Source of the DNA: Wenzhouxiangellaceae bacterium | Lineage (GTDB): Bacteria; Pseudomonadota; Gammaproteobacteria; Xanthomonadales; Wenzhouxiangellaceae | DNA: 64,000 nt | NCBI GenBank assembly: GCA_041685925.1 | Contig: JAWLEW010000006.1 | Location: forward strand, 6,172 to 70,171 | Reading direction: 5' to 3' | In this document: positions 49,560 to 57,535 of the stretch, in pieces | Layout of the letters: each line of letters begins with the position of its first letter | How positions within the stretch are numbered: the stretch's first letter is position 1 | The notes under the pieces: model-generated | The model's database searches: none | Seen by the model: the letters and a program-made list of their open reading frames with translations, nothing else | Told to the model about the DNA's origin: nothing | Translations under genes and position numbers: made by a program

Positions 49560-50183
49560 ATGAATCCGCTTCGCGCTACACTTTTATTGGTTGCAGGTCT
49601 TGTCACCGGCTGCGCTTCGGTGCCCGATCGGCTCGAGGGAAACTACTCGGAAGCCTTTTTCCCGAAGCAGGCCGACGAAAAGTCGATCGGCGCCAACGTG
49701 CGCTGGGGCGGGACGGTGATCGAAACCATGCCCGATTCCGACCAGACGTGCATCGAGATCCTGGCGCAGCGCCTCGACCGCAGCGCCCGCCCGGTACCGT
49801 CGGACGACGATCTGGGCCGATTTCTGGCCTGCCGGAACGAATTCATCGACCCGGAAATCTTCGTCAACGGGCGCGAAGTGACCGTTGTCGGGGAAATCGA
49901 TTCTTTTCGCGACGGCAATATAGGCGACTTCAATTACGTTTATCCAGTCGTCGAGGCCGACGCCGTCGAACTCTGGCCGGAGCGCGTGGATACGCGCTTT
50001 TACGGCCATGGCTACTATGGATATGGCTATCCGTACTGGCCCTATTACCGCTCGCCGTTCTATTACGGCGGTTACGGTACGCATATCTACTATCCCTATT
50101 CGCGCGGTGGCTTCATCCATGGTTCCGGCGCGGTGCGCAGTTCCGCCGGCAGCTCCGCCGGCCGCGAGACCAAGATGAAATAA
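49560..50183 (+). CDS. slp: Slp-family outer-membrane lipoprotein with Tyr/Gly-rich C-terminal tail
   Basis: Lipobox LVTGC|AS with an AGGAGG RBS. Slp core (VRWGGTVIE..). 14 Tyr in a 34-residue C-terminal segment. Confidence 0.75.
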   Translation: MNPLRATLLLVAGLVTGCASVPDRLEGNYSEAFFPKQADEKSIGANVRWGGTVIETMPDSDQTCIEILAQRLDRSARPVPSDDDLGRFLACRNEFIDPEIFVNGREVTVVGEIDSFRDGNIGDFNYVYPVVEADAVELWPERVDTRFYGHGYYGYGYPYWPYYRSPFYYGGYGTHIYYPYSRGGFIHGSGAVRSSAGSSAGRETKMK

Positions 50184-50216
50184 TCCAGGCGCCACGGCGG
50201 CAGGTTCCACAGGTTG

Positions 50217-50232
50217 CTGTATTTTGATATAG
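50217..50232. promoter_or_regulatory. Candidate SOS (LexA) box upstream of lexA
   Basis: CTGT-ATTTTGAT-ATAG, one mismatch to CTGT-N8-ACAG. With its flanks it matches 14/20 of the 20-nt E. coli consensus. Ends 8 nt before the lexA ATG. Confidence 0.5.
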
Positions 50233-50239
50233 TCACGCC

Positions 50240-50848
50240 ATGAAACTTTCGCCCCGCCAGCGCGAGATTCTCGCGTTCATTCAGGACCGCGTGGAACAAG
50301 ATGGATTGCCGCCGACGCGGGCTGAAATCAACCGGCACTTCGGCTTCTCTTCTCCCAACGCGGCGCAATCCCACCTTCACGCCCTCGAGCGCAAGGGCGC
50401 GGTTCGCATCAACCCGCGCCTGGCGCGCGGCATCGTGCCGCTGGTCTCCGATCGCGGCACATCGATCGAAAAAGGAATTCCGCTGATCGGCCGGGTGGCG
50501 GCCGGCCGGCCGCTGCTGGCCGTGGAAAACCGCGAACGAATGGTCGACCTCGACCGCCTGCTGTTCCAGCCCAGGCCGGATTACCTGCTCCGCGTGACCG
50601 GCGACAGCATGATCGACGCCGGCATCCTCGACGGCGACCTCCTGGCCGTGCACAGCAGCGCAGAGGCCCGCTCCGGCCAGATCGTGGTCGCGCGCATCGA
50701 AGACGAGGTCACGGTCAAGCGGCTGCGCAGAAAAGGAAACCGGATCGTGCTCGAGGCTGCAAATCCGAAGTACGAGGACATCCAGGTCACCAGCCGGGAC
50801 GACTTCGCGCTGGAAGGCCTGGCCGTCGGCGTCCTGCGCGACCTGTAG
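50240..50848 (+). CDS. lexA: LexA repressor
   Basis: MKLSPRQREILAFIQDRVEQDGLPPTRAEI wHTH N-terminus. Ala-Gly cleavage site (VAAGRP). Ser (VTGDSM) and Lys (VTVKRL) catalytic dyad. Confidence 0.97.
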   Translation: MKLSPRQREILAFIQDRVEQDGLPPTRAEINRHFGFSSPNAAQSHLHALERKGAVRINPRLARGIVPLVSDRGTSIEKGIPLIGRVAAGRPLLAVENRERMVDLDRLLFQPRPDYLLRVTGDSMIDAGILDGDLLAVHSSAEARSGQIVVARIEDEVTVKRLRRKGNRIVLEAANPKYEDIQVTSRDDFALEGLAVGVLRDL

Positions 50849-50897
50849 CACGGCCAATCTTTACCCGACTGCACGAAAACAGTCCGACTCGAACCGA

Positions 50898-51689
50898 TCA
50901 GCGCTGGATCGAAAACCGGTCCCGGTCCGGCAGAAACGGAAACTTCTCGCGCATCCTGTCCAGCGCGGCGAAATCCAGTTCGCAGGTCGCGACCTGCTCG
51001 CGATCGTCCAGCGGGCCGACGAGGGCATCTCCGAATCCGTTCCACGCCCCCGAACTCCCCGGATATTCGACGTCCTTGCCGTCGACACCGGCCCGGTTGA
51101 CGCCGATGACGAAAGCCTGGTTCTCGATTGCGCGCGCCTTGAGCAGCGTGCGCCAGGCCTCGGCGCGCGGCGCCGGCCAGTTGGCGACGAAGATCTGCAG
51201 GTCGAAGGCGTCGTCGTTGCGGCACCAGACCGGGAATCGCAGGTCGTAGCAGACCTGCAGGTCCACGCGGCGGCCCGCCAGTTCTGCGCGCACGCGCCGG
51301 TCGCCCGCGCTGTAGCGCTTGTCCTCGCCGCCGAACGCGAACAGGTGGCGCTTGTCGTAGAACACGCTCTGTCCTTGCGGCTGGGCGAGGACAAAGCGAT
51401 TGAATACCCGGCCGGAATCGACCGCGACGACGCTGCAGGCGATCGACGCACCGCGCTCGTACGCCTCGTCGTTCAGCCATTTCAGGTCGCGGCCGTCGGC
51501 CATGTCGTCGAGGTGTTCCCGGTCTCCCAGGAAGCCGGTGGTACAGGTCTCCGGCAGCACGTAGAGATCGCACCCGGGCGCTGTGTCCATCAGGCGCGAC
51601 AGGTTTGCGCGGTTCGCTGCCGTATCGGCCCAGCGCGTATCGGCCTGAACAAGCGCGCAACGGAGCTTGCCTGCTTGAGCTTTCGACAT
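50898..51689 (-). CDS. Carbon-nitrogen hydrolase (nitrilase superfamily, YafV/omega-amidase-like)
   Basis: Start at MSKAQAGKLRCALVQ. Glu (VLPE), Lys and Cys (QVCYDLRFP) catalytic triad motifs. Confidence 0.85.
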   Translation of the reverse strand: MSKAQAGKLRCALVQADTRWADTAANRANLSRLMDTAPGCDLYVLPETCTTGFLGDREHLDDMADGRDLKWLNDEAYERGASIACSVVAVDSGRVFNRFVLAQPQGQSVFYDKRHLFAFGGEDKRYSAGDRRVRAELAGRRVDLQVCYDLRFPVWCRNDDAFDLQIFVANWPAPRAEAWRTLLKARAIENQAFVIGVNRAGVDGKDVEYPGSSGAWNGFGDALVGPLDDREQVATCELDFAALDRMREKFPFLPDRDRFSIQR

Positions 51690-51797
51690 CGCCGTATCGG
51701 GTTGCTTCGGGTTCCATTGCATTATGCGACAAGATCCGGTGACGTATCGCCCAGCCGTGGCACAATCGATGGCCAAACTTGCCTGGGAGAACACCGG

Positions 51798-52526
51798 ATG
51801 AGAATTTCACACCTCGCCCTGGCGCTGTCCGTGATTGCCCTTTTGCTGCTGCTGATCGGCGGCCCCGGATATCGCATGGGCCTGTGGGGGCTTGGATTCG
51901 GCTTGCTCGATGCCATGCGTTACGCGCTCTACGCGGGCGCCGCCGGCGCGATCCTGGCCGTCGTCTTCCTGCTGGTGCCAAGGATCCGTGCCGGCCAGAC
52001 CGTCACGCTGGTCATGGCGCTGGTCCTGGGCAGCCTGGTGGCAGCGGTACCTTTGTACGTCGGCAACAAGGCGGGCAGCGTCCCGCGGATTCACGACATC
52101 AGCACCAATACCGACCAGCCGCCCGAGTTCGTCGACGTACGGCCGCTTCGCGAGGACGCGCCCAACCCGCCGGAATATGCCGGCGACGAGATCGCCAGCC
52201 AGCAGCGCGAGGCCTATCCCGACATTCAGCCGCTCGAAACCGAAATGGACCCCCGCGCGCTGGTCGAACTGGCGCTGGACACCGCCCGGGAACAGGGCTG
52301 GGAAATCGTCAGCGCGGTCACCGAAGACGGACGCATCGAGGCCACCGACACCACGCTGTGGTACGGATTCAGGGACGACATCGTGATCCGGGTTCGCGCG
52401 ATCGATGGCGGAAGCGTGCTCGACGTACGCTCCAAGTCCCGGGTCGGCGTCAGCGACCTGGGCAAGAACGCCGAGCGCATTCGCGACTACCTCGACGACC
52501 TTGGAGACCACCTCGACGCCGGGTAG
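51798..52526 (+). CDS. DUF1499 domain membrane-anchored protein
   Basis: Three N-terminal TM helices, then the C-terminal DUF1499 pattern (..WYGFRDDIVIRV..LDVRSKSRVGVSDLGKNAERIRDYL). Confidence 0.7.
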   Translation: MRISHLALALSVIALLLLLIGGPGYRMGLWGLGFGLLDAMRYALYAGAAGAILAVVFLLVPRIRAGQTVTLVMALVLGSLVAAVPLYVGNKAGSVPRIHDISTNTDQPPEFVDVRPLREDAPNPPEYAGDEIASQQREAYPDIQPLETEMDPRALVELALDTAREQGWEIVSAVTEDGRIEATDTTLWYGFRDDIVIRVRAIDGGSVLDVRSKSRVGVSDLGKNAERIRDYLDDLGDHLDAG

Positions 52527-52532
52527 AGCGCC

Positions 52533-53186
52533 ATGCGCGGCGCCGTCCCGGCCTGCCCGGTCTGCGAGCAGGCCGGGACGCATTTCTTCGCCGACGTCGG
52601 CGGCCGCGAGTACTGGCGCTGCGGATTGTGCGCGGCAACATTCCTGTCGCCCGCTCAGCGTCCCGAGCCGTCAGACGAAAAAAGGGAATACGACCGGCAC
52701 CGCAACGAGGTCGACGACGATGGCTATCGCCGCTTCCTCGCCCGTCTTGGCGCCCCGCTGCTCGAGCGCCTGTCCCCGAACTCGGAAGGCCTGGACTACG
52801 GCTGCGGCCCCGGACCCGCGCTGGCGGCGATGCTCCGCGAAGCCGGCCACCGCGTGCACGTCTGGGATCCCATCTATCAGCCCCATCCCGACGCGCTGGG
52901 TCGCCGCTACGATTTCATCACCTGCACCGAAGTGGTCGAACACATGCACCACCCGGCCGAGGAATTCCGGCGCCTCGACGCCCTGCTCCGCCCCGGCGGC
53001 ATCCTCGGCGTGATGACCATTTTCCAGACCTGCGATGCCCGGTTCGCCGACTGGCACTATCGGCGCGACCCGACACACGTGGTCTTTTACCGCGAATCCA
53101 CGCTGGCGATCGTCGCTGAGCGTTTTGGATGGTCGATGGAAATCCCCCGCCCCAACATCGCGATCTTCCACAAGCCCAAGTATTAA
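52533..53186 (+). CDS. Class I SAM-dependent methyltransferase with N-terminal four-Cys zinc ribbon
   Basis: CPVC-x15-CGLC ribbon, then SAM motif I LDYGCGPG. Confidence 0.75.
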   Translation: MRGAVPACPVCEQAGTHFFADVGGREYWRCGLCAATFLSPAQRPEPSDEKREYDRHRNEVDDDGYRRFLARLGAPLLERLSPNSEGLDYGCGPGPALAAMLREAGHRVHVWDPIYQPHPDALGRRYDFITCTEVVEHMHHPAEEFRRLDALLRPGGILGVMTIFQTCDARFADWHYRRDPTHVVFYRESTLAIVAERFGWSMEIPRPNIAIFHKPKY

Positions 53187-53235
53187 TCCGGCCCTCCCCT
53201 GATTGCGGCGAAGGATTTGGGTGGGGCGATCCGCT

Positions 53236-53375
53236 TGCATCCCTTCCCCGCTAGCGGGGGAAGGTCAGCGCACCCGGGATCAATACCCGACCAAGCCTCC
53301 GGCCCCGGATGCGCGCTGCGCGCTTATCCGGACCACGAGGGTTGGTGCGTTTCGTTTCGTTTCGCTCCACACACC
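53236..53375. repeat. Cluster of REP-like imperfect palindromes in a 348-bp intergenic region
   Basis: CCTTCCCCGctaGCGGGGGAAGG (53242-53264). CCGGATGCGCGCtGCGCGCTTATCCGG (53305-53331), which resembles enterobacterial REP/PU units. GGTGCG(TTTCG)x3CTCCACACACC (53344-53374). Confidence 0.6.
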
Positions 53376-53534
53376 GTACAAAACCGCTATTACCCGCGTA
53401 AAGTGCTTGGAGCCGAAGGCGGAACGCACGGTTCCAGGGGTCCGCCCGGTCCGGGCTAACCGGGTTCGTCTATATCGGTGTAGTGTTCATTTGTGCAATA
53501 GTTGCACTCAGCAATTCCGAACTCGGGTAAAACC

Positions 53535-55988
53535 ATGACGAACAGCCAAGCCCTCGCCTTCGCCGCAATGGTCGTCCTGCTGGCAACCTGCATCGCTCAA
53601 ACGGCCGACGCCCAGTGGACCCACCACTACCCGAAGCTCGACGACTTCGGCCATCACGTCTACCTCGAACAGCACGAACTCCCGATCCTGGCGCACGGCC
53701 CTACCGACCCCGCCCCCTCCCCCGACGGTCGCAGCATCGCCTTCGCCGCACAGGGCTGGATCTGGCGCATGAACCTGGCAACCGGCGAGGCCAAGCGCCT
53801 GACCGACCAAGCCGGCGTGGACGGCCGCCCAAGATGGTCGGCGGACGGCCGCCGGCTCGCGTTCGTGCGCGACCACGGCGATGACACTTCCATCGTGCTG
53901 CTCGACATCGACCGCGGCAACGAGCAGGTCATCGACACCCCGGCCATCGACCTCGACCCCGAATTCTCTGCCGACGGGCAATTCGTGTTCTACACCTCCG
54001 GCGAAAGCGGCAGTCTCGAACTGCGCCGGCGCCACCTCGAAGCCGGCACCGACGAGACGCTGACCGACCTGGACCAGGTGGTGCGCAACGCACGCCGGCT
54101 GCCCGGCGGCAGAGGCCTGCTTTACCTCCACGGCAACGGCCCCCATCGCGTGCTGCGCGAGCGCGACTTCGTGGAAGGCTACGACCGCATCGCGCATGCC
54201 GAAACGCTGACCTACCACCTGACCGCCGACGTCCACCCCACCCGAAGGCTCATCGTCTACAGCGCGCCCATCGACAACGACTACCACCTGTGGACCATGG
54301 ACCTCGACGACCCTCGAGTGAAGCACCGCCTGACCGACGGCGCTCGCTACGCCACGACGCCGGCATTCAGCGCCGACGGCGAGTATGTCTACTTCGTCGA
54401 TCTCGACGACCGCCGCCAGTTCCGCCTGATGCGCATGCCGACCTATGGCGGCGCGCCGGAACCCGTCGAGATCGAGACCTGGAACTACGGTGCCGCGACC
54501 GGCAGCCTCTCGCTGTCGCTGACCGATGGCCAGGGAGAGCCCGTCACCGCACGGGTTTCCCTGACCGCTGCCGACGGTCACCCGGTCGCGCATTCCGGCG
54601 ACGCCACTTATTCCGACCCGCAGTCCGGACGCCACTATTTCTACGTCGCGGGCAATACCGAATTCACGCTCCCGGCCGGCCGCTACACCATTCTCGCCGC
54701 CCGCGGGCCGATGTCGCAGGTCGCCGAAACCGAAGTTCGAGTTCGCGGCGACCAGGAGGCAGAAGCCGAACTGGCCATTTCGGAAATCTGGGATGCCGGT
54801 GCGGCCGGCTTTGTGTCGGCCGACCATCATGTCCACCTCAACGGCGACGGCCACCACCGCGCCGACCACGGCGACGCGCTGCGCCTGATGGCCGGAGAAG
54901 CACTGGACCAGCTCGCACCGATGTCGTGGAACCGCTGGGAGCGGCGCATCGATCGCGGCATTCTCGGCACCGAAACCACCCGCGACGGCCGCACCGTGCA
55001 TCAGGGCCAGGAAGTCCGCTCGCACTTCCACGGCCATATCGGGCTGCTGAACGTCGAGACCCCGTTCGCACCATGGTTCTTCGGGCCGGATAACCCCACG
55101 CTGGGCGATCCGGACCGCACCAATGGCGAGGTTTTCGAATTCGCAGACAAGCACGGCGCCTTCGCCACCTACGTCCACCCCATCGGCACCGACCGCGATC
55201 CGTTCACGCACCTCGAAGACAACCCGATTCCGCTCGAGCTGGTTTCAGACGGGATACTCGCCGAGCGCATGGGCATCGAGCTGGTCTGCGCCTGGACCAG
55301 CCCGCTGGGCAACGCCGAGGTCTGGTACCGCCTGCTCAACATCGGCAGGCCCATCGCCGCCATGTCCGGCACCGACGGTTGGGTCGATTTCCACCGGACC
55401 CCGGCCATGGGCACCGGGCGCGCCTACGTAAGAACCGGCAGCTCGGACACCTCCGCCGAGGCCGTCATCGAGGCCGCGGCCGCCGGTCGAAGTTTCCTGA
55501 CCACCGGTCCGGCGCTGATTTTCGAGATGGAAGACGGTGTGCGGCCCGGCGACGTCACCCGGTCGGGCACCCGTGGCTGGAACGCCACGCTGGCCAGCAC
55601 GACCGATATCGAAGTGCTCGAAATCATCGTCAACGGCAACGTGGTCGATCGTCTCGACGGCGTGGAAGCCGGAGAAACTCGAACGCTGAACGGCGAAATC
55701 GAACTGCCCGAAGGCGGCTGGATCGCCGCGCGCGCTTACGCTGGAGACCAGCGCCAGGATTCATGGCCCACGATGCACGCCCGGCCGTTCGCGCATTCGT
55801 CCCCGATCTGGATCGGCGAAATCGGCTCCACCGAGGCCGGGGCGCGAGCGGCGGCCGCAGGCGACCTGACGCGCGCGATCGATGCAGCGGAAAAACAGGC
55901 GCTCGAAGCCTACCGCGACGTCGAGATCAGCCGGTTGCAGGCGCGATTCGACGAGGCGCGAACGCGGCTGGCGGAAATGATGGATTAA
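53535..55988 (+). CDS. Exported TolB-like beta-propeller fused to a PHP-type (CehA/McbA family) metallohydrolase domain
   Basis: Start at MTNSQALAFAAMVVLLATCIAQTADA (signal). PD40-like repeats (SPDGRSIAF, WSADGRRLAF, FSADGQFVFY, FSADGEYVYF). C-terminal half begins VSADHHVHLNGDGHH. Confidence 0.75.
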   Translation: MTNSQALAFAAMVVLLATCIAQTADAQWTHHYPKLDDFGHHVYLEQHELPILAHGPTDPAPSPDGRSIAFAAQGWIWRMNLATGEAKRLTDQAGVDGRPRWSADGRRLAFVRDHGDDTSIVLLDIDRGNEQVIDTPAIDLDPEFSADGQFVFYTSGESGSLELRRRHLEAGTDETLTDLDQVVRNARRLPGGRGLLYLHGNGPHRVLRERDFVEGYDRIAHAETLTYHLTADVHPTRRLIVYSAPIDNDYHLWTMDLDDPRVKHRLTDGARYATTPAFSADGEYVYFVDLDDRRQFRLMRMPTYGGAPEPVEIETWNYGAATGSLSLSLTDGQGEPVTARVSLTAADGHPVAHSGDATYSDPQSGRHYFYVAGNTEFTLPAGRYTILAARGPMSQVAETEVRVRGDQEAEAELAISEIWDAGAAGFVSADHHVHLNGDGHHRADHGDALRLMAGEALDQLAPMSWNRWERRIDRGILGTETTRDGRTVHQGQEVRSHFHGHIGLLNVETPFAPWFFGPDNPTLGDPDRTNGEVFEFADKHGAFATYVHPIGTDRDPFTHLEDNPIPLELVSDGILAERMGIELVCAWTSPLGNAEVWYRLLNIGRPIAAMSGTDGWVDFHRTPAMGTGRAYVRTGSSDTSAEAVIEAAAAGRSFLTTGPALIFEMEDGVRPGDVTRSGTRGWNATLASTTDIEVLEIIVNGNVVDRLDGVEAGETRTLNGEIELPEGGWIAARAYAGDQRQDSWPTMHARPFAHSSPIWIGEIGSTEAGARAAAAGDLTRAIDAAEKQALEAYRDVEISRLQARFDEARTRLAEMMD

Positions 55989-55993
55989 GTGAA

Positions 55994-56398
55994 TCAGCGG
56001 TCCGACAACCCTCTGAGCACCAGATTCTCGAAGCTGACCAGCCCTACGGCAATCTGATTCTCCAGCACCGGCGCGCGGGTCAGATCGAAACGCTGCAACA
56101 AACGCGCGCAATACTTGATATCCATTTCCGGGTGCACGGACAGGACCGGTTTTGCCATGATTTCATAAACATTGACGCGCTCGGGGTTCTTGTCTTTTGC
56201 AAGCACGTGGCGGGCGATATCCGATATCAGCAAAAGGCCGTACTCGTCGTCGTCATGACGCTTGTCGACCAGCAGGGCCGAATCATTCTCGATGGTGAGT
56301 TTCTCCAATGCATCGGCGACCGTCGTCATGCCGCCGATGGTCGTGAAATTCGACTGCATTACCTGGCGGACCCGAATGGCCGGCTTTTTTTCATTCAC
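55994..56398 (-). CDS. CBS-pair domain protein
   Basis: 134 aa with two CBS-like repeats (VMQSNFTTIGGMTTVADAL.. / IMAKPVLSVHPEMDIKYCARLL..). Its GTG start overlaps the upstream stop (GTGA). Confidence 0.75.
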   Translation of the reverse strand: MNEKKPAIRVRQVMQSNFTTIGGMTTVADALEKLTIENDSALLVDKRHDDDEYGLLLISDIARHVLAKDKNPERVNVYEIMAKPVLSVHPEMDIKYCARLLQRFDLTRAPVLENQIAVGLVSFENLVLRGLSDR

Positions 56399-56745
56399 AG
56401 GTTTTCCTCCACGGTTTCGCTCAGATATTCGGCCTGCCTGCTGATTCCGACCACGTCTTCGACATCCAGCTGAAAGGCCAGGCCGGTACCGGATTTAGCG
56501 TCCATTTCGGCCTCGGCATTGATCGCCTCCATGACCTTGCGCGCCAGGTGCTCCTCGACCAGGAACATGATCATGTCGCGCTGCGTGTCCAGGCTGAGCC
56601 CGAAGAAAGTCCTGCTCTTTTTAAGGCCCTCACCGCGTGCCTGATTGACGACCGTTGCACCGGTGGCACCGGCCTTGCGCGCCGTTTCCATCAATTTTTC
56701 GGTCCGCTCGTCCTCGACAAAAGCGATGATCAGTTTGAAATGCAT
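56395..56745 (-). CDS. P-II-like signal-transduction protein (divergent, GlnB-fold)
   Basis: 116 aa starting MHFKLIIAFVEDERTEKLMETARKAGATGATV.. (beta-alpha-beta, T-loop-like GEGLKKSRTFFG). AAGGAG RBS 7 nt upstream. Confidence 0.7.
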   Translation of the reverse strand: MHFKLIIAFVEDERTEKLMETARKAGATGATVVNQARGEGLKKSRTFFGLSLDTQRDMIMFLVEEHLARKVMEAINAEAEMDAKSGTGLAFQLDVEDVVGISRQAEYLSETVEENL

Positions 56746-56746
56746 T

Positions 56747-57535
56747 TCATTCTCCTTTCGGTTCAGGCTTTCGACGAGCCGCCAGACGATGTCCAATCTG
56801 GGCGTAGCCCATTACCGCCATGATCGGAAACAGGCTGGCAAACGCGATCAGCCCGAAGCCGTCCATGATTGGACTTCTTCCCGGCACGTTGCTGGCAAGC
56901 CCGAGACCCAGCGCGGTCACCAGCGGCACGGTAACCGTGGAAGTCGTGACGCCGCCGCTGTCATAGGCGAGCGCGACAATGTTGCGGGGTGCGAACACCG
57001 TTTGAATGATCACCAGAATATAACCGGCGATGATGTAGTATTGCAATGGCGTGCCGGTGATGATCCGAAACGCCCCCAAGGCAATTCCGACGGCGACTCC
57101 GATCGCAACCGCTACGCGCAAACCCCATACGCTGACCGCTCCGGCTGATACTTCGTGCGCCTTGATCGACACGGCGATCAGCGCCGGCTCGGCGATTGTG
57201 GTGGCAAAGCCGATGCACAGCGCGAAGACGTACACCCACAGGTAATCGACCCAGCTTGGCCCCATGGCGCCGAAACTCCTGCCCAGCTCGATGAAATCCG
57301 GATCGGTCAACTGCTCGGCCATCAATTTTCCCAGCGGGAACAGCGCCTGCTCCAGACCGAGCAAGAAAAGCGCAAGACCGACGATCACGAGAACGAAGCC
57401 AAGCATGAGCCGGCCGAGATTCGGCGGCCGGCGACGCAATACGAAAAGTTGAAACCCGAGAATCAGCGCGGCGATGGGCAAGACGTCGCGCAAGGTGCCG
57501 ACCAGTACATCGATCATGTTCGAGATCTCGATCAT
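56747..57535 (-). CDS. DUF1538-family integral membrane protein (paralog B)
   Basis: 262-aa polytopic protein sharing long identical strings with the upstream paralog ([46 protein letters not shown]). Confidence 0.7.
   Translation of the reverse strand: MIEISNMIDVLVGTLRDVLPIAALILGFQLFVLRRRPPNLGRLMLGFVLVIVGLALFLLGLEQALFPLGKLMAEQLTDPDFIELGRSFGAMGPSWVDYLWVYVFALCIGFATTIAEPALIAVSIKAHEVSAGAVSVWGLRVAVAIGVAVGIALGAFRIITGTPLQYYIIAGYILVIIQTVFAPRNIVALAYDSGGVTTSTVTVPLVTALGLGLASNVPGRSPIMDGFGLIAFASLFPIMAVMGYAQIGHRLAARRKPEPKGE

Noticed and set aside
53349-53363. (TTTCG)x3 micro-repeat and other short tandem motifs, considered as a possible CRISPR or VNTR locus.
   Set aside because: There are only three 5-nt units inside a larger palindrome, with no spacer-repeat periodicity and no cas genes anywhere in the window.
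53203-53538. The 111-aa ORF (and the 80-aa ORF at 53217-53459) in the methyltransferase/hydrolase spacer.
   Set aside because: They read straight through the REP-like palindromes. Their peptides (PSPLAGEGQ, FRFVSLHTPY) are characteristic spurious translations of such repeats.
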